This document shows positions 1-11,582 of a stretch of 64,000 bases of DNA, in pieces. A program made the translations under genes and the position numbers. Source of the stretch: Lytechinus pictus (Eukaryota). The notes below the pieces were generated by a model. That model worked only from the letters and a program-made list of their open reading frames with translations, made no database searches and was not told where the DNA came from. Every line of letters begins with the position of its first letter. Within the stretch, counting starts at the first letter, position 1. The DNA lies in the NCBI RefSeq assembly GCF_037042905.1, contig NC_087245.1, positions 32,800,001 through 32,864,000 of the forward strand. The letters are read 5' to 3'.

Positions 1-343
1 ATTATTGTCTTGGTACCTCTATTTTGATGAAAAATTCTATTAACCTACTATTTGTAACATTTTGCATGGCAATTGTCGGAGCCATTTCATAGAACCGAAT
101 TGTCATAATACCAGTAAATGATGATTTTTTTTTTTCAGCACCTTAATTACTTCGGTTTAATCTAGCAAAAGTTTACTTAGTTTGTAATGTAGTATGATTT
201 TAATGACTGTTCATATTCAAGAAATCGTTTTGTTTGATGTCTGCGATTAGATTTCTTTGATTTATCAAGCCGAAGAATAGATAATCAGTTTCTTCTAAAA
301 TACCATAAGTTAAATTATCAATTCTCCTTTTTTTCTTTTACAG

Positions 344-474
344 CCTGACTGTGAGACTTGAAGACCATGTGTTGATTAAAGGAGAGAGGACTGGCTTTGT
401 CAGGTTTATTGGCCACCTAGAAAAGAGTTCAGTACCGAATACTGTATTTGTGGGACTACACCTAGATGCTCCAG
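344..474 (+). CDS. CAP-Gly domain protein, internal exon (N-terminal half of CAP-Gly domain)
   Basis: Polypyrimidine tract + cag at 341-343 and GT donor at 475. Translates LTVRLEDHVLIKGERTGFVRFIGHLEKSSVPNTVFVGLHLDAP, matching the CAP-Gly pattern G.VRFIG...VG..LD.P. Splices in phase to the next exon. Confidence 0.9.
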
Positions 475-560
475 GTAATATTGTCATGTGACTGTTTTAA
501 GTAGCCAGAGAACTTGTGGTGTTGGAAGATGATAAGATTTTATGTGTACTGGAATAAAGA

Positions 561-1595
561 CATATACCCCGTCAAAGAAGTTTGAAGGGGGTATATAGGA
601 ATCAGCGGTTGATTGCAAATATTGCACTTCAAACTACTTCCTCAGTTTTAAACCGATTTTCATGAAACTTGGAAAACATATCGGTGTTGGAGTGAAGATG
701 TGCAAGACATACATTTTGTGTGTGTCAGAAATCATGTTGCCACGGTAATGGCATGTTTAATGACAAAAATTGGGTAAAAAACTTTCAGATTTAAATACTT
801 CCTCAGTTTTTAACCGATTTTCATGAAACTTGAAATACATATTGGTGTTGGGGTGAAGATGTGCAAGACATATATTTTGCATGTGTCGGACACTGTTTTG
901 CCAAGGTAACAGTATATTTTGGCAAAAATAAAGAAAAATCTTGCAGTTCAAACTACTTCCTCAGTTTTTAACCGATTTTCATGAAATTTGGTACACACAT
1001 TGGTAGGCCTATAGATGTAAAGATGTGCAAAACATATATTTTGTGTGTGTCGGAAATCATGTTGCCATGGTAATGGCATGTTATATGACAAAAATGGGTA
1101 TAAAACTTTCAGTTTTAAATACTTCATCAATTTTCAACCTATTCTCATTGAATTAGGCTCACACATTGGGTTCGAGCTTAAGATGTACAGGACATATTTT
1201 TGCATTTGTTAGAAATTGTGTTGCCATGGTAACAATATATAAAATGTCAAAAATTAGATAAAAATCTATTGGTTCGAACAACTTGATTAGTTTTCAACCA
1301 ATTCTTATGAAATTCGGCTCACACATTGGTCTCGAGGTAAAGATGTACAGGTAATATTTTTGCGTGCGTTGGAAATTGTGTTGCCATGGTAACAATATAT
1401 AATATGTCAAAAAAAATAGGCAAAAATCTTTTGGTTCAAACTACTTTATCAGTAATTCTCATATTTTGCTCACACATATATGTACATGTAGGTCTTGGGG
1501 TAAAGATGGGCAAGACATATTATTTTCCATGTGTTGGAAACTGTTGCCATGGTAACGGCATAGGGCGGTGGTATTAATAACCTTCAGTGATTTTG
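561..1595 (+). mobile_element. Helentron-associated (HINE/DINE-1-like) non-autonomous element with internal ~160-bp tandem array
   Basis: 5' tatacccc...ggggtata hairpin. About six diverged units begin ttcaaactacttcctcagtttt (~627, 790, 947, 1115, 1273, 1435). The 3' end gggcggtggtatt resembles a subterminal inverted repeat. Confidence 0.6.
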
Positions 1596-1829
1596 ATAGG
1601 TTGACAGCAAACATGCTGTTAGAATTACGGTACCATTTATCATATGTTTAATGTAAAAAAAAAGATGCATTGTGTAAAAGTGACACAATGTTGCTTCATA
1701 AATCGTAAGTTCTGAGTAATTATTATTGTCTTTCCTTATTTTAATGGCAGTGGTGGGATGATATCCCGTGCTGTTAGTATGATTGGTGCAGAGTACTAGC
1801 CGATTTTGTTAACATTATTTTAATCCTGT

Positions 1830-2140
1830 GTGGATCATTGTGACCCACTCCAGCGGATTAGTCTCCAGACTTTGAAACAGAAGGTTGTTGGTTTGAACCC
1901 AGCGGTGGCCTTAATGTCCTTCAGCAAGAAATTGACTCACATTGTGCTGTGCTCAAATGTGTAAATGTGTACCTGGCATGAGTTTATTCCTTGAAATGCT
2001 TGTGCATTGTGAAAGGCACGTTGGGCTTAAGGCAGGGTATCAATTTCAATGTCCCTTTGGACGCACATAGAGACGTTAGATGGTATGTGGTATGCGCTAA
2101 CAATTAACGATAAAAGTTACGAATTGAATATTATTAATAT
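1830..2140 (+). mobile_element. degenerate tRNA-derived SINE
   Basis: B-box-like ggtttgaaccc, followed by a SINE-core-like tccttcagcaagaaatt...cacattgtgctg segment and an AT-rich tail. Confidence 0.5.
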
Positions 2141-2170
2141 GATTCTAATCCTTGTTATTTTTCTCTTCAG

Positions 2171-2277
2171 TTGGGAAGCATGATGGGATGGTCCACGGAG
2201 TAAGATATTTCTGGTGCCCAAGGAATCATGGGATCTTCGTTCCTGTCAACGATATCTTAGCAGTGATCAACAGAAAG
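2171..2277 (+). CDS. CAP-Gly domain protein, exon carrying the GKHDG motif
   Basis: ttctcttcag acceptor and aag|gtatg donor. Translates (V)GKHDGMVHGVRYFWCPRNHGIFVPVNDILAVINRK, the canonical GK(N/H)DG...RYF.C....G.FV signature. Confidence 0.92.
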
Positions 2278-3228
2278 GTATGATGACGTGTCTTTAACCA
2301 CCATTTGGACAATGATTAAAGGGATGAATTAACCATGTCGAAAGTAGATGAATTTGCTTGTAATGATATAATCAACCATACCTGAACTTCTCAAGGCAAA
2401 AAATAAGTCATTAAGTAGTTAAAAAGGTAATAATAATGATAAAGGTTTGCCATAGACCATGCCTGAGAGCATGCACCCAACAGGCAGGCCACGTGGGTGA
2501 CCGAGCATGAGGCACAGACACCTGCTTGCTGAAAGAAGTTTTTATTGTGACTTTGTAGATATCTTGGTGAATAACTGGGTGACCTTTTTTCTCATATAAC
2601 TCTACCAATTCCTGTCTGACTTCAAGAATTGAAATGAGGAGTGAATAATTACAATCTGAATTCATGATTTTCATTTTCCTGCAGGAAATTACTATTTGCC
2701 TTTAACTATTATTTGAATAATGTCGCCCCCATTTCATTATTGTGACTTTGCCATTATACATATGTTATGTTATAGCGCTTTTCCATTGAACATGCTCAAT
2801 GTGCTTTACAATATAATGTAATAAAATGAATTCTACTTTCTGAGTGCTAAAAAATTATAAGGGGGATATTACAGAGACAACATATAGGTTTTTAATTCAT
2901 TTGAGAATACTGGCACTGAAGAACATGAACAGATTATACATTACTGACCTATCTTGGAGTTCATTTTAGGAATTTGTAAGTTTACGAAAAGGGTCTGATC
3001 TATAACGTAATGCATAGTGAGATTGTTGGACTCGAGAAAATAAAGTTTAAAAACAATGGAGAGCTCTGCTCAATTTTTCTTGGCTACCAAACCCTTTTAC
3101 CATTTGGGTAACCACAATCAATAATTCCTTTTAAAAGTATTGAATTTCCTTCATTTTCCCCTGAGAAGCAGCAAATGTTCTACATTATTTCTTTTACATT
3201 TTCATTTTATATTGTCTTTATCTGACAG

Positions 3229-3419
3229 CCATTCAAAAGAACAAAGACTGCAGATACAAAGCGTAAAGGCTCTTCCCGAGGGGGTGTTGGAGGAGGCGGG
3301 GGAGGGGTGTTTCCTACCGGTGGCTATGATAGAGGGGAGATGAAGAGAACAAGACCCGGTCACGCTCGGAGGCTAATATCAGCAGACAGTTCAATGCTGC
3401 CCTCAACTCATAAAAACAG
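3229..3419 (+). CDS. CAP-Gly domain protein, basic/Gly-rich low-complexity exon
   Basis: tctgacag acceptor after a T-rich tract and ag|gtaatt donor. Open in the expected phase 0: PFKRTKTADTKRKGSSRGGVGGGGGGVFPTGGYDRGEMKRTRPGHARRLISADSSMLPSTHKN. Confidence 0.75.
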
Positions 3420-3839
3420 GTAATTTGTAATATTCAGAACGGGTTAATTACATTTTGCAGGTTACTTGTCAAGAGAATTGTAAAAATTTAAAATTATAGA
3501 TTTGAATTTTGGTTTAAATATGACAAGGTTTATTGCAGATTAATATGTTTAATTTTTACAAACCATTCCTCATAGAGGATGCATTTTTTTCACTGATGGT
3601 GCTAACCAGTTCATGGTGAATAACTCTTAAATCTACATTGGAAAAGTACACAGACTGTACCAGCCTAAATTGATATATAATCCTAAAAAAAGAAGGAACT
3701 TCCACTCGATTATTTGAAATAACAAACACAAAAAAAGTTTTCTATTCTTTTCTTTTTTATACAACAAATGAGGCCATAGATTTCATAAAATATGAAAACA
3801 GTTTTCATCTGCTCCAAGTTTTTACTGCTAAATAAACTT

Positions 3840-4352
3840 TTTGTCTCGCCCACTAGAGGTGAAGGCAATACTAAGGGATCCAAATGTCGTCCGTCCATCG
3901 TCTGCCCATCACAAACATTATGACACATACATTTGCAACAATAAGTCACTTTTCAACCAAACTTGGATTGTAAGATGTACTTGGGGTACTTGCATGTTAT
4001 GGTACAGTCGCAGGTCACATGGTAAGGTCAAAGGTCATTTTGAGGTCAATGTTAAAGTTTACGTGCAAGACTCTTATGACACATAACTCCGCAACTTTAA
4101 GTCACTTTTTAACCAAACTTGGGTTGTAGAAGTACTTAGAAGACCTGCGTTTCATACTGCAGTCGGAGGTCACATGGTAAGGTCAACGTTGGAGTTTACA
4201 TGCAAGACTCTCTGATGACAAATGTTATTCCATCCCAGTTATTTAACAATGAACTTTTGATATAAATAATTATGTTGCTTGCTGTCACAGATCACAATAT
4301 TTCTGGATATTACCACAAGTGGGCAAGATAAAACATCGCTTATGCCTTGTTT
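3840..4352 (+). mobile_element. HINE-like non-autonomous element
   Basis: Subterminal IR tgtctcgcccac (3842) / gtgggcaagata (4319), gtcc microsatellite, two ~135-bp internal repeats (aagtcacttt...ggtcacatggtaaggtcaa), T-rich flanks. Confidence 0.6.
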
Positions 4353-4569
4353 TCAAAGTTTGTCACCCTCATAGTTACGAAGTTGGTTAAAACAAAATTG
4401 CATGAATTGCCTGAATATCTCACAAGATTTCATGGCAGCCTCTACAAGTAGCTAACTGTTATAAATTTTGAATTGTCGGTAGTGGTGGGTTTGGTGTAAT
4501 TTGTAAATGAATATTATGTGCTCATGCATTGTTTCTTTTGTTCTTTCTTGTTTTTATCTCATCCTCCAG

Positions 4570-4594
4570 GGACCATACTCTATCAACTTCATGA
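4570..4594 (+). CDS. candidate terminal coding exon A of CAP-Gly gene (R-DHTLSTS-stop)
   Basis: Long polypyrimidine tract ending ctccag at 4569. Phase-2 join gives AGG GAC CAT ACT CTA TCA ACT TCA TGA. Confidence 0.5.
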
Positions 4595-5009
4595 CAGTGT
4601 CTTTCGCCAGAGCAGTATCACCTCTTCTACACAGTTTCTTCATTTTACAACTAACATCCGTTCCCATGGTAACACGTCAACCGCTGTTTTCCGTAGCATC
4701 GTTTCAGGAGTTTTCCAATGCCCTACATTTCTGTCAAGTAGAGAAAGAAGTAAATAGAAATAAAAAAGTAGAACACAGGCATGCAGTTTTGACCATTAGT
4801 TCAGGGTTGGCAGGAAGTCTGTTTCAATCATCGTTGCGTGTAGGCTGCACCCACCGACTTTGAAAGATTCTCTCTTCCAGAAATACTGCAGGCTTTACAT
4901 CGGCAATCACGGTACAGAAAGGGTGAGGTGAATCAGAAAGCATGCACTCTGTCAATCCTTAAGTAAAATTTAACCTTTTGCTCACAGCACAAAAAAAATC
5001 AGAAAAATT

Positions 5010-5420
5010 ACCTTGAAATTTTCGGCTGCTAACTGCCTTCTTCAGCGATGACTGAAGTGGCTCGATTTGACGTAGTGACGTAGCGATCGATAATCAGGTC
5101 GTAGACACTCGGAAGCATTGATCGCCCTCCATCCCTTGAGAGAAGGTTTGAACGCCCAGATGTAAATCGCTTCTTTCACACCTCTCTCAAAGTACAGAGG
5201 CTCCCTGTCCAGCACTTGTACCTTGCTGATGTCAACATGATGTCCAGGTGATTCGATTCTAATGTGCTGGAATACCTCCTAGTGGAGCTAGGGCGTCGGT
5301 GTTCAAGGAATCTGGTCCTAAGGGAAAATTCTGTTTTTCCAATGTAAGATTCCTGACACAAACCCTTAGTTGTCTGTCCTTTACAAGGAATCAAATAAAT
5401 AGGACCAGTCTGTCAATCCT
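5010..5420 (-). mobile_element. Penelope-like retroelement 3' remnant (GIY-YIG endonuclease fragment)
   Basis: Minus strand reads CQESYIGKTEFSLRTRFLEHRR and, after a frameshift, VLDREPLYFERGVKEAIYI.AFKPSL. This is the typical PLE GIY-YIG C-terminus. Confidence 0.8.
5015..5045 (-). ncRNA. minimal type-I hammerhead ribozyme-like motif (Penelope-associated)
   Basis: Minus strand CTGAAGA-A-GGC-AGTTAGCA-GCC-GAAA-ATTTC: core boxes, short stem II and palindromic AAATTT stem III. Stem I is not evident. Confidence 0.5.
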
Positions 5421-6576
5421 TCATCATTTATGGATTGATAAATGGGTTAAATATCCTTATTATCTAGATATTACAGAGAGTTGATGTCTTCATAACCGAC
5501 AGTATTATTCTCCCATTACACACTGCTACTCCTTGTATTTTAAATGTATCATTTCAGAAATTCCCAGTGTACATCTCTATTGAGGCAAGTATTCAACTTC
5601 TGGAAAGTTCAGTTCATTTATTCAAAAAATTAACATGACATTATACAATCATTTACATAATAAAGTGGTGATAATGTAATGCATAAATGTTAATAGCTTA
5701 TAACTTGATTACACAAATGAAAATGGAATGGTTGACTTTTGCAAAGTCTACTTTATATGAAACGGGCCCCTTGTGTCACTTTATGAACAAAAAATTATGT
5801 AATTTTTAACAACTGAATATTTTTAAAAAGGGGAGAAATTGTGCATTTTATACAATATTCTCTCTTTCTTCAAAAAATAGTGTATTGTTTGCGCATATAA
5901 TGCAAGAGTACTTAACATCTGAAATTTCTATACTTTCTTGAGTCTTTCGAACCTTCAGCTTTTTGTGAATGTATATCTGTAAATATGACTTTTTATGTAT
6001 ATGAAGTATAGCCTCCACAATAGTAAATCAAAAATCACATAGTGATTTGATTTTCACGATTCATTTTCATCATTTCTTCAATTTTCAAAATTGAAAAGGA
6101 TATCTTCTATTCATATCTGTAAGGGTAACTGTGCATGTTTTGATGAGTTTGGATAGCTTAAAGCAGAATGTTTTCTTCTTAAGGAAGTGAAATTGAAGGA
6201 ATATGGATGAGTATGAAATTGACTTGACATGGGAAAAGAAATAGTCAATTGATATTGTTATTGTTAGCACTCGCATAATCTTAATTCAATATATGGGCAG
6301 AATGTTTGAGAAGTATCTTTCTATTCTAAATGTCAATATCTTGGGAACTTTTTTTTCCATTTTCTATACAACAGACTGAATATGCATGAACCTTTCATCT
6401 TTGTTTTGAAATTATTTTTATATTTCTGTCAATGGGATTTTTTTCATAAATATTGGACATGTTTCATGATCTTGACAATATTATTTAACTACAGTGCAAA
6501 TACTTTTACTTTCAAAATCTATTAATCACTTATCTGACCTTCTGTTTATTTTTTTCTTAATTCCTTTTATTCTTAG

Positions 6577-6595
6577 AACTTATGACCTTGTGTAA
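6577..6595 (+). CDS. candidate terminal coding exon B of CAP-Gly gene (R-TYDLV-stop)
   Basis: Strong pyrimidine tract ending ttcttag at 6576. Phase-2 join gives AGA ACT TAT GAC CTT GTG TAA. Confidence 0.4.
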
Positions 6596-6897
6596 TCATT
6601 GCTTGGGAAGTACAATGACATGAATATTATTCGGGGGAGACATAGGTCATGCAGGTATGGTGTAATTTGTGCATTTCATAAGGAAGCAAAACTGAGATCC
6701 AACATGTAACAGAATTTACAAAAAAGGATTCAAATGGCATTAGTTTCCCCCAACATCTAGTTCTGATCCATACCATAAAACAACTTTATTTCAAATCTGG
6801 TGCTGTGCTCTCGTAAAAATTGGCCCAACACAACACCAGAAGATCAACATTGAATTTTTGATACCACCCATTTTTGGGGTAGTAGATTCTGAGATCT

Positions 6898-7055
6898 GGT
6901 GGCCGTTTCATGAAGAGTTACCACTGTTGTAACTTTGCCATTATGGCAACTACCATGGTAACAGGGCTCAGCAGCCAATCAAAATCAAGATTACCATGGT
7001 TTAGTTGCCATAATGACAAAGTTATAGCAGTTGTAACTCTTGATGAAACAGGCCC
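6898..7055. mobile_element. palindromic MITE (Harbinger/Tourist-like)
   Basis: ggccgtttcatgaagagttac...gtaactcttgatgaaacaggccc TIRs, with an internal inverted ttatggcaactaccatggtaa pair around agccaatc. Confidence 0.7.
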
Positions 7056-8593
7056 AATAGCGATTGATCGTACGCTTGATTTTCACAATTGATTGTACAT
7101 TGTAGTCAATGGAATCAATCGTAGAAAAATGTTCTACGATCATTGCTAAACTTATGGGCCTCAGATGTGACCAGCCACCACCGAAACCAACAATAAATTG
7201 CCAGGGAAGTTTTTTTTTTAATATATAGCCAAAATAGTAATTTGGTTTTCAACAAGTAAAAATTCGAAAATAAGCCTGCTTGAAAGAGTAATTCTTTTTC
7301 ATACTCTAGAAGAATTGAAGATGTGAAGTTAAATGAAAGACAATCGAGATACAATATATTCTGTGACACCATGTCCATGTATTTCAGGCTGCATTGCAAT
7401 TTCATAGAGATTGCACATCTCATCTGTGTTCATCTCATTGCACATCTGTGTTCATCTCATGCATGAGTGAATCCCAAACTTCAAACCTTGTTTCTCCTTT
7501 ATTCTTTGAAGCTCTCATCGAATTTCACCTTCATTCAATCAACTACTTGTTTGGGTTATTTTTGATCAATTAGGACAAATTATTATGAAGCGTAGTATTT
7601 GAATTTTCAAGCACATTAAAAATCTCGAAGTTCTTTTGGGGCCATTTATTGATTGTTTGGGGGGTGACAGGTCATAAATGCGAAAACTGATTTTCTGCAA
7701 TGCCTACAATGTAGGGAATCCCTTTCAAATTGAATTTTCATCTTGGCAGTTGATTTTATATATTCTCTTTGTATTTTTGTTTATAATCTTATTGTTTTTG
7801 TGATCTTGACTCTAGACTTGTTAGTAGATAACAGTCTTCTGGTAGTACATGTAGCTCCTTGTGCTCTGTATCCGTTTTCTTTGTGTCTTTTGTGCTTGAT
7901 CTTGTACCAAATATTCCTTTTATGTTTCTTCCCTTTGTATTTGTGTGTCATCATAAACTGTAAATATAGCAATCTGTAACTGATTCAGTTTTTCATAGTG
8001 GTGGGCAGCATTTTGTCAATGGGACAATGTTATCTGATTAGCCAACAAGCAGAGGAAAAAATGTCCACATTCTCAGTTTTCTGCTGAACAGAGATTTTGC
8101 GGACAGTAAAGGTTTTTGGTGTTTGAAACTTCCCATTCCATCCCTTCAGTAAAATTACAGCATATGGTGCAGGCTTTATAAGTAGTGAATGTCTATAATA
8201 TACCTCAGATTTTATTATATGGCCTACATTTTATACTTCACTTCATGCCAATAACAAAAAAAGCTTGGCGAATGCATACTGAACTGAAACTGGTTTCATT
8301 GGCATATTTATCATTAATGCACGGTTTTGTGGCATTGGATTTGCTTTTATTTCGTGATTTTCTCTTTAATCTTCCTCACTCGTTTTGGGGGTTTGATAAT
8401 TGCGTTTACCGTGAAATTCTGCAAATATTTTATGTTCATCCCAAATCCAAAATAAGCCATTTCATAATCAGCTCTTTAGCAGCTTTTTCTACAGGTTATT
8501 GTTAATTTCTTAAAAGAAGATGCTGTGTCAGGTTGCCTGGTATACCAATCTGTGATATTAAAATCAAATGAAAGAACAAACTGCACAGACCAG

Positions 8594-8725
8594 GGGCCCG
8601 TAACACAAAACTTAGCAATGATCGTAGAATATTTTTCTACGATTTATTGCATTGACTACAATGTACAATCAATCGTGAAAATCAAGTGTACGATTAATCG
8701 CTAACCTTTGTGTTACGGGACCCAG
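8594..8725. mobile_element. MITE (Harbinger-like, CAG flanks); partial inverted copy at ~7058-7160
   Basis: gggcccgtaacacaaa...tttgtgttacgggaccc TIRs flanked by cag. Confidence 0.7.
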
Positions 8726-9761
8726 GTGGCACTCCTTGTAGGTTATGTTGATTTTTTTAAATTGAAAAGCTTCTATTAAATAAACAAATAAACTGTCCAC
8801 TTCAACTAATTGTAGTTGACTCGTTGCCAAAACCAAACATGACTGAATGTTTTGTTGTAATACCTTGAATATGATATCAAGCATATTTCAAACTTATAAA
8901 TAAATATTCATGCTCGTCTGACTGACTTAAAAGGCACTTTTCAGATTGACTTAACGACCTTTATCTGCTCTTGCACAAATTATTACCGTATGGCTGATTC
9001 CATGAGTTTTTGTGTATCATAAAAACAAATGACTTCTTTAGAGTAATGTTTTGCATCCTTATCAGGAAAATTAATTTATTACTTTAGTTTCCTTTAATGT
9101 GTTATTACTTCCCTGTGACAAGCAATAGAAACTATCTTTTAGGCTCTCTCTTTTCTTTGTCAAAGCAATTACTCCTGTTATATTGAGATATGGTTCCTCT
9201 TTCTGAACCTAGCACAGTTGTGATGGAAATGAAACTTACCTGAAGAGTACGTAGTGGTATGGCAAGAATATGTGATCTATCAATTGAGTATATGAATATA
9301 TATTAAGAACGACCCAAGTCTTTGATTCAATTCAGTTCAATTTATTACGTCCATTAGGAAAATTTGTTCTGGGATTTAGATATTAAGAACATGCGTTACA
9401 TGGCAACATTTAAAAATACATGAATGGAAGACATATAATGTAAAGTGAAAATGATAATTGTACAGAAATAGTGCATCTTTTAAAAAAAAGTTCTTTTTGA
9501 GTAAATGAAAAACACTGTGCTGTTTTCGTATGTTCAATGGAGACTTAAGTCATTTTTTGAAAATTCATTTCAGGCACTGTTATGGTGGAATTCTGGGATA
9601 TATGTATATTACACACAACATGCATCAACGGCAATTCTCCCAGGATGTTTAACACAATTTGACCAAGAGATGGTTAATCTTATATTCATATACTCAATTT
9701 CAAATTTGATTTGTCAATTTTACAATGTATAAATCAATGTCAGCTTTAGCCAATCACTTTA

Positions 9762-10000
9762 CACTGCAAAAACTCCGGTGTTGATTTAACACCAGACCGG
9801 AATCTATATATGTCCACACCAGGGAAGTATTGAAACAACACCAGTTTGGAATCAAACCGATGCTGTTTTAATACTAATTGGTGTTGTATAAACACCTATC
9901 TGGTGTTAGACCAAAACCAAACTGGTGTTTAACACTTCTCTGATGTGGACATATATAGATTCCAGGCTGGTGTTAAATCAACACTGGAGTTTTTGCAGTT
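9762..10000. mobile_element. CACTG-terminus MITE with TA TSD (copy at 55761-56002)
   Basis: cactgcaaaaactccggtgttgatttaacaccag...ctggtgttaaatcaacactggagtttttgcagt long TIRs. A nearly identical second copy is present in the window. Confidence 0.85.
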
Positions 10001-10464
10001 TACACTTCTTGGTGCAAGAAGCAGATCAACAATCAATCATAAATTTGCAATTAATTGCAAAATATATGATTGATTTGGGGACCCTCAAACGATTTGCAAT
10101 TGATCGTCAGTTTCTTGCAATGCCAACAAATCTAGACCGAACAAGAGGAGTTATTTTCACACTCCTATAGAATGCTAGGCTTCATCTTTTCAGAATTGAT
10201 ATAAATGACAAAGATGATAATGTTTGTAAAGAATTTATGAAATTCATTTTGTAGTGATATGGACTATTGCTTTTATTTTATTGAAAAATTAATTTGATAG
10301 ACCCTTTGCACTTTCAGGATTTGAGTGATCTGTAATTAGTGTTTGAGTTGGCAACACTCAATAAATGTTAGCCTTGGGGTGATATATCCCATGAGATGAT
10401 AATATGATACCAGCCAATATGTATTAAGCACCAAAGTATGCCCATGGGCACTATTTGGCTTTAA

Positions 10465-10924
10465 AGGAAAGATCACCCTGAAGATATGTTGTTTTTATTA
10501 AAAGTAGAGAAATTATAGAAAAAATATTGGTAAAGGTTTGATGAAAATATTTCAAAGAATAACAGAATTGTTGATTTTTAAAGTTCTTAGCTTGTGACAT
10601 CAGAGACCAGCAACTCTTAAATATGTTGTGATATAAGTTTTACCTTTTTTTCTCAAAAAATTCAAAGTGACTTTATATGTGCAGTGGATATGTCCTCAGA
10701 CATATCACTTTTTCAACATGATGTTCAATTAGAAAATGGGATATATGGAATTTATATTAAATAGTATATGTGGGAGCTGCTCACTTATGATGTCATAGCT
10801 TAAACACTTTTACAATTTCTAACTTTCTAATTCTATGATGGATTTTCATCAACGTTCCCTGATATGTTCTCAAATTTGTCTGTTTTTATAAAAAACCAAT
10901 TTATGATAAGGGTGCACTTCCCCT
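10465..10924. mobile_element. Kolobok-like non-autonomous element, TTAA TSD
   Basis: ttaa|aggaaagatcaccctg ... agggtgcacttcccct|ttaa. Confidence 0.6.
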
Positions 10925-11394
10925 TTAAAAAGTACCACAAAAGCAGGAAACAAACATGTGGTTTCATGTATACTGTTAAATGCCAAATCTGGCAATGATC
11001 TATGTTGCAATGTGTTATTATGTCACTTTATGATCAAGAAAATATTGGGGGGGGGGTAACAGCACAACATGAAAAGTAAAATAATGCAATACTTTTATTT
11101 CTTACATTCTAGTCTGGGTTAGGATGGCATGATTGTTGCATAGATAATTATGTCAGAATTTGTTTGATCAGGGGTATATGTTAAACAAATCAAGAGAACA
11201 TTGAATGATGTTACAACCCCCCTCCTCTTCCCCTGCCTTCCTCCCCACTGTGATTAATAGTTTATGATACACTGAATATTGAATCTGCATAAACAAGTAT
11301 GACATTAGTATGATAATAGTCTGTACATGAAGGATTTTTCTTGCACGATAGACTAACCACTCAATTACTATATTGCTGTACACACGCATGACCC

Positions 11395-11582
11395 AAAAAG
11401 CATGTAAAATGGGTTTATGCCAATCATGATGCGTCAAGCATGTGATGCATGTAGGGTATATCTAAAAGGACAAAATTGAAGAGAAAAAAGCATGTAAAAT
11501 GGGTATTTTATGCCGATCATGATGCATCAAGCACGTCATGCGTTTAGGGTATATCTAAAAGGACAAAATTGGAGAAAAAAGC
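11395..11582. repeat. ~93-bp tandem duplication
   Basis: aaaaagcatgtaaaatgggt...gggtatatctaaaaggacaaaattg occurs twice head to tail. Confidence 0.85.
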
